64,000 nt of DNA from Massalongia carnosa (Eukaryota): the NCBI GenBank assembly GCA_965645245.1, contig OZ287075.1:1860001-1924000 (forward strand). Direction: 5' to 3'. The notes under the pieces are model-generated. The model had not been told where the DNA came from, ran no database searches, and was given only the letters and a program-made list of their open reading frames with translations. Position numbers and translations under genes: made by a program. The number at the start of each line of letters is the position of its first letter. Within the stretch, counting starts at the first letter, position 1. This document shows, piece by piece, positions 1 through 13,907 of this stretch.

Positions 1-514
1 TACTATTACTATTACTACTAAGGACAACTACGATAGAAAAGCAGGCTTTTGGCTTAGATCTTGAAGAAAAAGGTAAAAAACAGAAGGGGGAAGAAGAATG
101 AAGAGGAGGAAGAGGAGGGGGGAATGGGATGAGGGTAATAAATGAAATCACGAGGGTTTGAGAATCACCGGAAAGAAGAAAAATTAAAAGGATTGTTTGC
201 TTCTTTCTTGTTTTTCTTTCTTACCCTTTCGATATACTAAATCCTACTCTAGAAAAAGCGCACTTCCCAAATATTATGTCGGGAAGCGGGAAAAAAAGAA
301 AAAGAAAAAAAAGAAACTGAGTCATGTTGTATTGTATTATGGGAATTTTGATGGAGGAGAGAGGGGTTGGGTTTGGGTTTGGGTTTTTGTAATATGGGTT
401 CTTTCTGGATTGATGAATTGATGGATTTTTTAGTGCTCCTAACAGATACCATGTTTTCATTTCCCTTTCTCCCTCACCTTATTCCCCTCGCTCCTTCCCC
501 CAAAACCCCCAAAG

Positions 515-1276
515 TCAAGCCAACCCTTCCGCCCCCCAACACTGCCTCGCGCCCCCCAGGGGCTTCAAAAACCCCACCCGATCCTTGGTATAGATCTCCA
601 TCGCAACCGTCAAGTCGCGCGCCTCCGCCTCCTCCAGCGCGCCCGTTTTGACGAAGTAGACCGCCGGCATCGCTTCTAGCGCTGTGTATAGCCCAGAGCC
701 GCAGCCTGGGGGTTGAGAAAGGGAGGGGGGGTTTGAGTGAGTGAGTGAGTGAGTGAGTTGGGGGGAGGAGGGGGGGGGGGGGGTTTGGAAACAAGGGAAG
801 AAAGGAAGGAAATTTTCGGGGAGAAATACCACTGCAAAAAAACCTCTCGTTCTGTTTCCCCGAATCGCCCTTCGTGACATATCTCTTCGGCTCCCCGCGC
901 GTGATGGTGAATGCCTCGCGCGAAACGACGGCGTTGGCGGTGTAGGCACCGCCGGACCACTTTTGGCTATTTACGGGAATGTTAATGTTTACCTTTCACT
1001 TTTTTATGGCGAATGCAAAAAAAAAAGGGGGGAGGGGTGGAGGGGTGGAGGGTTTTCGGACGGAAAAAGGGGGATGGATTTAAAATACCAGTCCTTGCAG
1101 TGGCACAGAACAGTTGAGTGCGGTTCTCCTGGGTACCTGATTAGCACGGTCGAGTTCGGTGTGGGGCCGTTTGGGAATGCAAAAGGGGGGGTTTTTGGGT
1201 GGTGGTGGGTGGAAAGGACATGATTACCCGAGTATTCGAACGCGATGGCGCCGCAGAGGCAGGTCCCTGTAGACAT
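515..1276 (-). CDS. GFA / CENP-V (Mss4-like) family Zn-binding protein, ~138 aa, 4 exons (1276-1228, 1128-1089, 966-830, 705-515)
   Basis: Manual splicing at GT..AG gives MSTGTCLCGAIAFEYSGEPHSTVLCHCKDCQKWSGGAY...RFFCSGCGSGLY...: CxC, CHCxxC and FCxxCGS motifs typical of GFA proteins; exon lengths sum to 417 nt, in frame. Confidence 0.9.
735..758. repeat. (GAGT)n microsatellite followed by a poly-G tract, inside GFA intron 3
   Basis: gagtgagtgagtgagtgagtgagt read directly. Confidence 0.9.
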
Positions 1277-1849
1277 TTTTCCCTTTCTGTTTTCTGTTTT
1301 CTCTTTTCTTTGCTTGTTTTGGAGGGAGTCTTGATGATGGTGTACAAAGTCGGGAAATATAACCTGTCGGGATAGGGGATGAGGATCGGGATGTGGTAAG
1401 AGGGATGAACGTGGTGGTAGAGGGTTATAGCAGAGTGTTAAGGGGGTGTATATATATGTATATGTCTGTAGCTATGTAGGTATCTAAACCCGATACTCCG
1501 TACACGGTACTTTTGTAAAAAAAAACAAAAAACAGACAAAACGTTTAAACCCAAGAACCCAGGTCTCGTCTTGTCCCATCTAGAACGCCCATCTCGACCC
1601 GTCTGGACCCGCGATCTCGACTCCCCAACCTAGTCAACTCGGTTCGGTTTCGCTTACATATGTATGTACATACATGTACCTTACCCGTTTACTTTCCCTT
1701 AGGGGGAGTTCTTAGGCAATACCTCTACTACAAGCCAATATAAGGCAAGGCAATGCAATACAAGGCAAGACGGTGGATGCGAAAATGGGGGAGAAAAGGC
1801 TGCACGAACAGGTTTTTCGCTTTTTGGGGGCGATTGGATGGAGAGGGAT

Positions 1850-1879
1850 AGTTGGTTGGTTGGTTGGTTGGTTGGTTGG
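1850..1879. repeat. (GGTT)n microsatellite
   Basis: agttggttggttggttggttggttggttgg read directly. Confidence 0.9.
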
Positions 1880-2161
1880 CTGCAAATACGTAAAGGGCGT
1901 TTTTGAGTTTCTTCTTCAACCCCCCCCCGGGTTATCATCATTGTTTGAGTTCATTAGAGATCAATTCGATGAAACAATCCGATAACGAACGAAATGGGCT
2001 ATCCAGGACTCGGAACGAGCGGGTGCGAACTGGTTAGACCGTGAGGCCAGGAAGACGCAGGTGGCGCAGGTGGTTAGGCAACAGCGATGGTGAAGAATGA
2101 GGGTCAGGAACATGAATCAGGGCGGTTAACCGCCACCGATGGAGTTTGTCATGAACAGCCA

Positions 2162-5100
2162 TTAACCCGTCTCGTCGTTGTCTTCATCCCTATTCCCTTC
2201 CCAGCCCAGCCCCACCGCATCCGTACCTACCAAAACGCACGCCTCCCCTGCATGCCAAACCCTCCTCTCCCCGCCCCCATCACCGAGCACCTCCATCTCC
2301 TCCACCGCTCTTTCTAGCACCCGGACCTCCTCCACCAGAGCGCCCACCTCGAACACCCCCTCGCATAGCACCACCACGCCCATGCCCACCGACCGCGACT
2401 CCCCAGGCGGCAGCACGGCGAGCGCGCGCTGCAGGACACCGTTCCAGAGGAGTTTTCGGGATAGGTCGAGCGCAATGTTGTGTGGCTGGTTGGCGAGCGC
2501 GGGTTGGAGGCGGAGGAGGGGATGGATGGGACGAGGAGAGCGGTTGGTGAGGGTGGTGCGGAGAGTGAGGAAGGTGGAGGTGGGGACGAGATACTTGGAG
2601 GAGGAGAGTTGGCGGATGGCAGCCGGCGAATCGTCCGAAGCGGAGGGAAGGGAGGCGGGATGGACGGACAGGACAATGGCAAGATCGTCAAGTTTCAGCG
2701 CTGAAACCATGCGCGTGGTCAAGTGTAGAGCGCGTAGATTGATGGCCCCGGTGCGCCCAGTTGAGTCCTCCTCCCAAGTCGCGCGCACGTGGTTCAGGAG
2801 CGCTTCGCGGTAGTGAAAGGCCTCGCGAGCAGCGAGCTCGGCCTCGGGGGCAGGTTTGGGCGCGGTGCTGAGGATGAACTGACGCTTTTTCGCAGTAGGC
2901 GCGAGCGAAGGGATAGGGGCGTAGGGATTGGGGATGTAGATGCGGGGAAGGAGGAGAAGGATGCGAGAGGTGTGGCCTGGCTGGATAGGTTCGTGCACGG
3001 TGTAGGCGCGTTTCCAGGAGTCGGTTGGTGAATTGTTTTTGGGAGGCAGGGAGCGTACTTGGATGGAGATGGTGATCGGGGAGGGCCAAGAGTTGCGGAG
3101 ATCGAGGAGAAGAAGGCAGTGTGATTCGTCTTGGGGGTTGAGGCCGATTCGGCCAAGGAGTGTTTGGAAGCGGTTCTGGGGTCTGGATGTTGTGGGCGGT
3201 GAGGATGGGTTGCGGTGACTTTGAGGTGACTTTACTGTGCTCGGGGTTGGCTGTTGAAGACGCCTTTTGTTTTGCCAGGCAAAGTCATTGGTAAAGTGGA
3301 GGAGGTCGTTGCGAATGAGCTCAACACTCGCATTGACCGTTATGTGGAGTGGTATAATCAATTGTCGTGTGTAGAAATGGTCTGCGATTTCTTCACTGGC
3401 GTCTCCAAGATGGCCATAGTCCACTTGAATGCATCCAAAAGTCAGCCCTGGTTTCCCAAGGGCCTCTATTTCAAGCGATGCCTCTTCTCCTGGTTCTATC
3501 ACTATATTAGGGTTATCTTTTCTGCGACGCCATCGGAAAGGCTGTTCATATATTGAAGAGTACTCTAGCTCGTACGTCTCCGCCGGCGATAGTTCTTTTT
3601 CTATCGATGACGGCCGAGGTGGAGTTGTTGTGGAATTGTGGAACGAGAGGAATAACATATCTATCTCTACATGGGAGGTGTTTTGTACATTGATTGTGAA
3701 TAACATGGTTTCCCCTTCTAAAAGCATAACAGCAGATTGAGGAAGTGAAATAGACTTTAGAATAATACTCGGCTGTGCTTTGATAACCTTCAGCGGCAAT
3801 GAAGAAATGGTTGGTCCTTGCATGTTTCCAGCGTTCTTTCCTTGGAGAACATTTGTGCAGGAAGCGTTCAACGCAGGCAGCACTCTATCCGCCGGTTTGA
3901 TATTATACTCCGAACGCCTAATCTTTATATCCGGATTTGGTGTCCATGGCTTGTTGAAAATTGGAAAGCTCCGTTCTCGACAACCCCTGACCTTGACTTT
4001 ACACCCTGTAATATTCAATGATCCGGATTCTTTCGGCACACCGGTTAAGAGCAAGGCGTGCGTGCCGTAAGGTCCAAGCACTGTGGCTTGGTGTGCGCAA
4101 TCAAAAGGCAAGCCGCTGGATTCAAGACTGATACGCTCAATCTCCACGTCAAGATCGTACAAATTTTGCAATGTTACCCGAAAAATGGCTTCCTCCTGAG
4201 CCACAAGAACTGCTCGGGGTAGCTTAAGACTTACCGATCTCTTGAACGGATTGTATATGAACGTATTCTTCCTCTCAAGGGTATCGATAGAATTTACTGA
4301 TTCCAACTCATCTTTGGCGTGAGGTGTTGGAATTCTTGCTGCATTTGCCTCGACATGTTCAATCACCCGAACGAGAAATTCATCCCAATACTCTGCTTCA
4401 AGATTCTGTTTCCCAAGCTGTCGAGCAACACTTACGGTTCGCGAGATATTATCGGCAAGACGAACTTGATCTTCAATCTCTAACGTAGGCGAGCCGCCGC
4501 TACTTTCAGGCCCAGGAGCGATGCCACTTCCTGCTGTCCGAAGCATCTCGGCCGAGAACCGAAGAACGCCCCCAAGATCCGGGAGAGCTTCGCACAGACT
4601 AATACAGGATCTCAACACGTCTAATTTCAGACGTTGGTTCCCAAATGACCTAAGGGCAGCCTGATAAGTAACGCGAGATATCACTGCGTCAGGCAGATCA
4701 TGCTCCAGCCTGCGGTCAGATATTTTCCCCTTAGGGTCAAAAGCTGAGATTCCATAAACGTGACATACAAGCTCAAGCAAGCTGTGCAAATCACTCTCCT
4801 GTTCATCATGCGTAACAGCATTAGCAAGTGAGTTTGCAACCCCCTCAGATGCGTTGAGAGTGGCGAGGCTCGCAGCTGGGTGCAATCCCATTTCAGCAGC
4901 ACCTTCTTTCCTGGCTTGGACTAAATGAGGAATCAAAGAAGATAACAGCTCTTTGAGAACGAGTGCTTTTTTTCGATGGAATCCCAGGTCCGATAAAACC
5001 GACGCAATAGCTGCGAGAATCATCGTGCGGTCTTCGATAGGAACAATGCTACTTGTAGAAGGACCAGGGAAGGCACGAAATAACAGAGCAACTAATTCTG

Positions 5101-6833
5101 CTTTCGTTGGGAATGAACCTGGTCGGAGAGGCAGACTTCGACAACGATTATCCCCTACATTCAGCACTATGCTGCATAGAATACCATCATCGAGAACTCC
5201 TCCTGCAAGACTGATGAGGGCTAGAAGCTTGGTGAAGCGAATTGTGGTTTCTGAAAATGCGAATTGGGGGAGCTTGTCTTCAGTGAACGTCCAGGCACGG
5301 GCGTAGAGATTGAGGATATTATTAATTAAATCTGGCAAGAGATCAGTCAGCTTCTCGAGAGAGGCCTTTTGGTTCGAGACGCCTGTCGCTGCTGCAGACG
5401 CTAAACTAGGTAAGCTATTTGATGGAGTATGACTTGAATTTTTAGATGAACTCGATGTAGGCCTTTCTATTCCTGGAAACAAAATTTGAGGAATCTATAT
5501 CTTTCAGCTTCTTCTCGCTACAGCAAACCATCTGTAGTGCAGCTTGGATCACATTATCTTTTGGAGGCTTACTCGGAAATCCATGCCAGCCCACGCGTAC
5601 ATCAAAAGACAAACCATGATATAGTCCAAGGCTTTGGCGTGCCACAAATGATCGCTGTTGGTCCTGGCAACTGTGGCGCTCTCCGTAAGTTCACGTATTG
5701 CATCCGGCCAACGTCCTGCAAGCAAATATAAAGAACCGATGACAACACCAACGCGCCCCTTGCCTTTGTTCCTCTCTCTTTCTCCAATACCCCCGGCACC
5801 AAATCCATGTATGGAAACCCTATCTTGGCTACCCGGTCGTTTCAAGGCGTCGCTGGACGAGCGAGAAGATGAAGAAACCCCCGAGGCCCCAGCAATGTCA
5901 TCAAACGTAGTTGGAGGTGTGCGGACGCCGCCAGAGCCAGGGTTTACGCTACTATCTCGGGTTTCGGATATAGACTTATTGGTAGCTGATCTTTGGATAG
6001 CCAATGGCCTGCGGCTGACCGTAGAATCCTTTGGAGAAGAGGATCGCGTAGACTGGCCAGTAGAAAATGGCGGTAAAGTTCCAGTAGTAAGGCTTGTCTG
6101 CACTGTCAGGCCCCTCATTTGCTTTGGCGACTCAAGAGTGTGCAGTGCTTGTAGAGATTTTGCAAATGTGGTCAGCTCGGCAAGGAGACTAGAAGTCAGG
6201 TCACACATCAGGGTCTTGATTGTGGTGGTGGTCGATTTTGCAGGCGAAGGCACAGCAATAACCCCATGAGGCAGTCTTGAACTCAGTTTTTCACAATCGA
6301 ATAGTAGGATTTGATGGACAATGGCTCTGGGATAATCTAGCTGAAGCTTTTCGAGACCCCCGGACAACATCTCTGCCAGGTTGTCATCCGGGGTTGGGTT
6401 GACGTGTTGCCTTCCGTCCGCCCCAAACGTCTGTTCAAGCCCAAGATCTGCCCCACTTGTAAGATCCAACCTATCTGAAACTGCCACTGCGACCAAAGGT
6501 TCTCGATAAAGCTCGAATGGAGATAGGGCGAGGTGCGACAGCGGGGGTAAGGAGGTCGAAATGTCATACAGCACAGAGCCTGTCGGAAATGCAAGCGGAG
6601 AAAACATCGCTAGTAAAACCATCCACCATCAGTGCGGCCATCGTTTTATATCACATAAGGGCCTTACTTCTATGTGGCCTGCCATCAGGGCTAACATCTC
6701 CTAGTCGCACCACATTTTCTTGTTGAAGTCTTGCGACGAAGCTTTGATATCTTGACTGCCGAATACGTCCGAAGGGAAGTATCAAGACTTTGACGCGCGC
6801 AGGAGCGATGGCGGACAGAGGATCAAGGCCCAT
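2162..6833 (-). CDS. TRS120: TRAPP II complex subunit Trs120 / TRAPPC9 (HypA-like), 3 exons
   Basis: N-terminus MGLDPLSAIAPARVKVLILPFGRI...VRLGDVSPDGRPHR|TMFSPLAFPTG; motifs GRVGVVIGSLYLLAGRWPDA, DHLWHAKALD, LGFHRKKALVLKE, YWDEFLVR, FIYNPF; ORFs 6651-6833, 5549-6622 and 2162-5482 joined by GT-AG introns. Confidence 0.92.
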
Positions 6834-7507
6834 ATTGGCATTTGCACGAGATAGCGATTTTCTGCAAGGCCCTTGATGAGCAGAGACTTGGATCTAGCAG
6901 TATGAATTCCATGACTAAAGCAGAAGAGACATAAGCGCAGGCGATTCTAATCTGCGCCTTGAAACTTTTCCCTTTGAAAAGGCTGAGTAACAATAACCGG
7001 CGATTCTCGTTTTGTGTCCAAAGTACTGGTCTCTGATCGCATTGGTCAGAACAGTATCGTGAGATGCGGCTCTGACAAGATAGCCTGCTAAGCTAACTAC
7101 ATATAGAATAGTGCGGCGGGAGCTGGCTGAACTCCGGAGGACTAGGTTCAAAGGACACGGGCCTCAATCTTTAACCTGCCACATGTAAGGTAGCTGCAGC
7201 CTACTCCGTACGCTGATCATCATCAATCTTCCTTCGAGTTGTACTCGTATTTGTATTTTTTAATTCATGTTGTTCGATTCCTCTCCCATTACTAGTGCTC
7301 TAGTGTACACAATTTTCGAGCCTGTTCAGAAGGAGAAATCTGGCTTCGAACTGACGATTTATCTTTACCTAGATGTGTTCTAATACATGTGATACATGCA
7401 AAACCTATAGATTTTTTCGACTCGTACTATGATATAAGAGCATGGATGATACTAACGGAGAAAACTAGACTCACCTGGGCCTAAAACTAGCGTTCCATTA
7501 AGCAGAG

Positions 7508-10500
7508 ATGGCCGCCAAATTTGACTTCGATGCGCTGCGAGCGCAGACTATGGGTGCTGGAAGTGACGAGGCTGTCACCGTCAACACCCGGGCGCTGATA
7601 GATAAGGTGCTTGCTAGATATTCGGGAGAGTGGACAACGCTTAGGGAGTTGCTACAGAATGCTGCAGATGCATCAGCGTCGAAAGTGGTCATTCGGTTTC
7701 AAAGCCTCCCGTCTGCTACGGTTCCTGTGCCGCAAAGTTCGGACCCGTCGATCCACCTGAAGCATGTGTTATTATACCACACGTTAAAGTCGCTGGTAGT
7801 AGACAATGATGGAGTGGCCTTCAAGAATAGCGACTGGTCACGGCTGAAGAAAATCGCCGAAGGAAATCCTGACGAAACCAAAATCGGTGCATTCGGAGTA
7901 GGGTTCTATAGCGTCTTTGCAGAGTGCGAGGAGCCTTTTGTTTCTTCTGGAAATGAAGCGCTCGCGTTCTACTGGAAGGGCGATTCGCTCTTCACCAAGA
8001 AATTACATATCGGAAACGCACCGAGCACCAAAACTACATTCGTACTTCCTATGCGCAACCTGTCTTCACCAATACCCTCGCTCATTTCCTTATGTCAGTT
8101 TCTTGCAAGCAGTCTAACTTTTGTTGGCTTGGGATCTATAGAACTTTGGCTAGATGACTGGAGACTTATGGAGCTACATAAGATCATTGCACCAACTATA
8201 GATGTGAAAATACCCAAAGATGTGGAAAAGAAAACTCGGGAAGGTCTCATGTATGTCAATAGCGTCATTCAAGAAGCCTCTCAACTAGACGCTCGTTGGC
8301 TGAAAGTGGTAGAATGGAAGCCCACGCAACCTCCTAGCGCAAGCAAACCTATGCAAGGTTCAGCACCAAAGGGAGCACCGTCTACGCAATCTCTCCGGAT
8401 GTTTTTCTCCAAACTTGCTCCTGGATCAAACAATATCGTTGCGGAGAAAGCAGCTAATGATGAAATCGTTTCACAAAATGCTATATCGGAAGATCTAATG
8501 GGAGAGTCTAATGCCACTGTATTCTTGCACGTCAATAAAGCGAATGTTAAGACCCTTGGCAAAAAAGATTTCAGTGCTGAGTTGGAGAGAGCGACGAAGA
8601 AGCCCCCTTCAAGGAATACTACGGTGTCTCTTTTGACTGTCTCATACGACGAACATACAGCCTCGAACTCGATCATGTCAGACCGATCATCTATGGGAAC
8701 AGATATTTTTAGCTCGGTTCGCCCCACCAAAGGGAGGATATTCATCGGTTTTCCAACGAATCAAAGTAAGTTTCTTGTCGTGTATATAAGTGTCTCTCAC
8801 CTGAACAACTCCTAGCCACGGGCCTGAATGCACACATTTCAACCCCTTCTGTCATTCCAACGGTAGAGCGAGAATCAATCGACCTCAATAACCGTTTCGT
8901 CCGAGTATGGAATAAGGAGCTTCTTAGGGTTGCCGGAATTATTGCTAGAATTGCCTGGAATAGCGAAATGATAGATTTAAAGGTCAAACTTTCTAGGAAC
9001 TTGCTAAAAGCAGGAAGGAATGACCCAAATCTCAACGATATTGCCGAGCTTATTCCGGAGGTCTTGTTTTTGCAGTAAGTTACCCCCTGTCGATGTTCAT
9101 GATGCACTTGTGACTTTACGAGTGGGAACATAAATATGAAACGGGCTTTCCCCGCCGCCACATGTTTTTTTTTCCTTTTTTTCTCAGAACTAACGTTCTC
9201 AAGCAAAACATTCACTTTTGCTGAATCTACTCCTTCTTCGGAAGTTGGAAACCTAATAGAAGAAGCTTTCTGGACCTGTAATACGACCATATCTATAGAT
9301 ATACTTTCAAGTCGTGGAGTACTCCCAAGCTCAAGCGTGCGCGTGTCAACTGATGACCTTGGTTTTGTCGAGAGAATACCCGTTCTCCCAGTTAGTTTAA
9401 AGGAGCTCGGGCTCGTGAAGAGACTAAGAGATTATGGCATCATCACCGAGATCACTATTTCTGATATCAAGAAAGAGCTAGAGGGAAAAGCCCTCGGTGC
9501 TCAGCAACTTGTGAGTCTTGAACCCGGAAGTATTTTTTTCAGACGCTAATAACATAATAGCAACAATTCTTGGAGTGGATAGGGAATAAGGCCTGTATCA
9601 GTGAAATTAATAGCGAAACAATACGCTCACTCCTTGATGTAGCAGTCGCCAATGATGAAGAAGAAGGAACCGCAAGGGTTCTAGTTCTTAGTGAGATTAA
9701 ACACTTTTTGAATGTCTCGAGGATTCCTGCAGACATGCCGATACCTTCGACTACCATGCCATTTAAATTTACTAAAAAGATGAGCAAGATGGAATTGAAT
9801 GCGTTGGGTTGGGAGGATCTGCAGATGGTCCCATGGCTTAGATGGCTAACTGAAAATACCGGGGGCCGTCGCGAAATCCCATCGGAGCAAGATCTTACGC
9901 AATCTCCATCTTTTGCTAAAGCTGTTCTCTCCATCATCTCAAAACAATGGGATGGACTAAGCCAGTCCTCCAAGGCAACTGTGATTGAGTTATTGACCCC
10001 CAGAGCAACCATTCCGACAAAGCAGGGAATGAGAAAACCAGCAGAATCTTACTTTCCCTCCGTCAATTTGTTCGAGGATCTCCCCGTAGTTAGCGGGATG
10101 CATGGGGTGAAGGACAAGCTCCTAGCTGCATTAGGAGTAAGTAAAAATATTAACAATAGGATTTTTTTGCAAAGTAGCTGATTTTCTCATAGGTTCGAAA
10201 AACCATTGATATTGGCGTCGTTTTCGAGAGGCTTATGACGGTTTTGCCGACTTCTACCCTTCAAGCCGCTAGAGCGACTAAAAAGTGGAGTCATGTTGAC
10301 CTAATCAAGTATCTTGCATCCGTCCGTAACGATATCCCCCTTAACGATATCAAGCGTCTCAGGATAACCCCAATATGCCCAGCCGAGTCAGAATCGCCCA
10401 AAGACTCTGGAAAACTCCATCTTGTTTCAAATTTGTTTGAACCTGATGACGCTCTGCGCCGTTTGAAACTCCCCATTTTACATTGGCCCGGTGTTTTTCG

Positions 10501-13300
10501 TTCTTCAAGTGCTGAAGGACGATTTTTAAGTTTTCTCGGGTTGTGTGCTGCACCCAGCTATGCGGATCTGATCAACATAATGGCTACAGCAAGCCTTGAT
10601 TTAAACTTTCCTTTGCGCGATCATGCATTTAAATACTTCATAGATAATCACCATACCAAAGGGTATGCTGCCCACGACCATACCGGCGTTACACAACCTT
10701 ACCTTCCGTTGCAGGGGAGCGACAGGCTCGAAATACCAAGCAACTGTTTTACCAACGATCGCGCGGCTGTCTTGGGCTTCAGTATTCTGAAAAAGGAATT
10801 ACATGGTAACGCATCAAAATTTGGTGTCCAGCCTGATCCTCCAATGCAAGGGTGTATCAATCGATTACTCAAGAATCCTCCGCAATCTAGACGAAATGCT
10901 CGTGAGGTCTTTGAATACTTCGCTGGACGGTTAAACGAGATCGATCCACAACGTGGAGATATGCTAAGTGGCGCTATCATTGTTCCTGTCACTTCCAAAT
11001 CTTCGAATCAAGAAGGCTCAAAAACCGAAAAATCGGAGTTTGTTCGGTACATTCCCCCACGTATTTGTTTTCTTGGGAATGATGACCGATATGCTGAGAT
11101 CTTCGATTACGTGGACTTTGGTCAAGTAGCAAATACTTTTCTGTTACGGTGTGGATCAAAGCATGAACCAACTACCACCGAGCTGGCTACTCTCGTTGTA
11201 CGTGAACCTGCAAAGCTGTTCACTGTGCTCGAGTTACCCAGATATCTACAACTTCTGCGTAACCTAGCCGAATCCTGGTCTAGTTTGAAGAAAAACAAGG
11301 AACTGGTGAAAGCAATGAAGACGGTTAAATTTTTGCTTGCATACAGAGACACTTATTCTAGAACTTCCAAGATGGATCATGAAGACGATGACGATCAGAG
11401 TATCAAGATAGCGGAGCTCGCAAGCGCCAACCAGATTGTAATTGTGGATGATCTAATTACTTACAACCAATTCAAAATGAGTCTTCTTGCAGCACCAATG
11501 GAAGAAGCTTTAGAAAACTTCTATTACAGTCTTGGTGCTCCCGAGCTTGGTAGCCTGGTTGATGAACATCACAATGTTGGGAGTCCCACTCGTGATCAGA
11601 ATACAGCACAGAAGTTGCAAAAGCTGGTGCAAGAAAGATCGCGGTTATATTTGCATGACTGTCAACCTGACCTCATCAGACACGATGCAAAATGGATTGA
11701 AAAGCATCTTTCCGTCGTCTGCGTGCGATCCATCTCGTTACGGAAGTCACTCAAAGGGCACCAAGCTTCTCATAGTGAATCAAGAACCGCATCGATGGAT
11801 GCGGGCCCAAGAGGACATTCGCTCTACGTTACTGCGAATTATGATTTGTTCGAGGTTAGCCAGGTGCTAGTGCCTTTGTTGCTGAACCGATCGAAAACGC
11901 AGCAGATCATGATGTTGGAGATGATGTTGGCAACAGACTTACACAAGTTAAAGGCCCGAGGGTACAATGTGGGTAGGATACTACGCCAAAAAGCTGCCGA
12001 AGCTCAGATTGCCGAAGCAACCCGCAAGGCACAAATGGAAAAAGAAGCAGAAGAACTTAAGAAAATAGAAGCAGAATGGAACCAAAGGGATGCTCGGAAA
12101 GCTGCGGACGCACAAAACTCCATGCCTGGTGTTTTCCCCGATTCACCCGACCATAAGCAGCCCGAGCGTACACCCCAGACGTCCATTACCGAGGAGGGCC
12201 CAGCGGCTCGCAAACCGCGCGGCTTCTTTTCGGATATTGGTAAGAGACTTGGTCTTGAGAATGGGAAGCATCCTCTGCTGCCGACTCGATCTCGCGATGG
12301 TAACATAGATGAGAGTGCGAAAGGCCCCCAACGCGGTGCGCCACCTTCTTACAGCCAGGATAATGTGCAAAAGACACGTTCGCCAGTCCCTCAACCCGAG
12401 ACAGTAACGGCCCCACACCAGCTTCAACAAAAGTAAGTCTTGTATACTTCCCTTCATAAAGGGGCTTGTCTAATCGACCTCTAGTCTTGTGAACATCATC
12501 CAAGCTTCACGTGCCCACAACTCCAACACGGTGGTTAGCCATCCAGCTGTCAACGAGGTTAAGGAAACAAAGTCCTATTGCGACGCCCGTCCCGCCCAGA
12601 ACATCACCTATATTGGCGAGATCGCCTCCGTTCGCATTTTCCTCTCAAGAACGGTCACCGAAAAACTCAATCTCACGCCCACCAAGTTCTTAGCCGCGAA
12701 TGCATCAGCTCTGAACCTCTTCGCCTCTCTGCTGTTAGATTGCGCGGGGGTTTTTGTGTTAGCGAGGAAGTGTATTCATATCTTCTATGACGAGGCTGGG
12801 AGCACGATTGCGTTCAACCAGAACAAAGCTCTATTCTTCAACTATCGATATTTTGAGAATCTACATTTGCCAATGGCGCAACAGGGGAACAGCGCTGATT
12901 CGCTGGTATACTGGGCTGTTGTTATGGCACATGAACTTGCGTATGTTCTTTCTCTGTTGCGGAGCATCCGCAACTCAGATGAATCTACTGACACATCGAT
13001 AGGCATAACCTATTCGAAGACCACAGCGCCAATCATAGCTATTATACGTTGGTCCTCCCTTCTTTCCCCTCCCCCAAACCTAAAAAAACATTTCCTAATC
13101 TCCAGAACCAACACAGCGAAGCACTCATAATCCAGTACTTTTCCAAAATCGCCGCCAAGATCACTGGGCAACCCTCCACTACTTCTTCTTCTTCTTCCTC
13201 CTCGGCTACCCACCCTTTAATAGCACCTCCCCCGCCGCCCGCTACCCCACAAAGACACCAACAACAGCATAAATCGAATTCGCTATTTGATATCGACTAG
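7508..13300 (+). CDS. Large multi-exon protein: N-terminal GHKL (sacsin/Hsp90-like) ATPase, DUF3684-type middle, C-terminal HExxH zinc-metallopeptidase motif
   Basis: GHKL motifs LRELLQNAADA, DNDGVAF, IGAFGVGFYSVF; spliced C-terminus MAHELA|HNLFEDHSANHSYY (intron 12941-13002); ORF segments 7508-8815, 9136-9549, 9570-10181, 10235-12436, 12489-13130, 13049-13300 separated by GT-AG introns. Confidence 0.85.
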
Positions 13301-13907
13301 GTTTTGATATTCTGGGAAACGATTCTGTATAGATAAGGAAGGGGGATGGAAATACCCCATAGACTCGATAGTGGGAGCAAGGTATCCGCCGTAAAATTTA
13401 AAGGCATTTAGCGGGAAACTGGAGGTGGGAAGGGGGGTGGAAGAGCAGCATAGCGCAGGCACGATATGAGTAGACTTCGCATAAGTGGTCCGGAGAGGCA
13501 TATTTCTTGCCAGGGGGGGGGTTTCTTTTCGAGATCGACGTCTTTTTCCTTTCTCGTTGTATATGTAATAGCTAGCTAGCTAGTTAGTGAGATGGAAGAA
13601 TCACAACTCCTTATGTAATCTTAATTCAAATAACTGATCAGAAGTATCTTGTGATGTTAAGTTAGCTGATTGTTGTGTGCGTAATAATAAACCTATGCGA
13701 TTTGAAAGGTGTTTAGATGATGGTTTGGTGTCCCGGCTTTTTTGAATCCCGTGTGTCCATGCCCTTCTAAAATGCTGGCGTGCATGGGTGATGAGAATAC
13801 CCGGCTCTTAGCATACTGTACGTACATATAAACTCACACAATCACATGCACGCTGAACCAGCACTCTAGAAAACCCCCTCAAGCCCCCCTTTCTCCCTCC
13901 TCCGTCA

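Noticed and set aside
197..800. Short ORFs over the first 800 bp and GGGTTT repeats at ~364-386
   Set aside because: Low-complexity purine/pyrimidine tracts or antisense to the GFA gene; the repeat is not TTAGGG and has only ~3 units, so not telomeric
2178..3218. Long antisense/alternate-frame ORFs inside TRS120 (also in GPI13, LAA1, ECI1, MAK16)
   Set aside because: Shadows of GC-rich coding sequence with no independent motifs
9280..9300. ATACGACCAT resembling a 5S rRNA 5' end
   Set aside because: Lies in a coding exon and the following sequence does not continue as 5S; no tRNA or rRNA gene was recognised in the window
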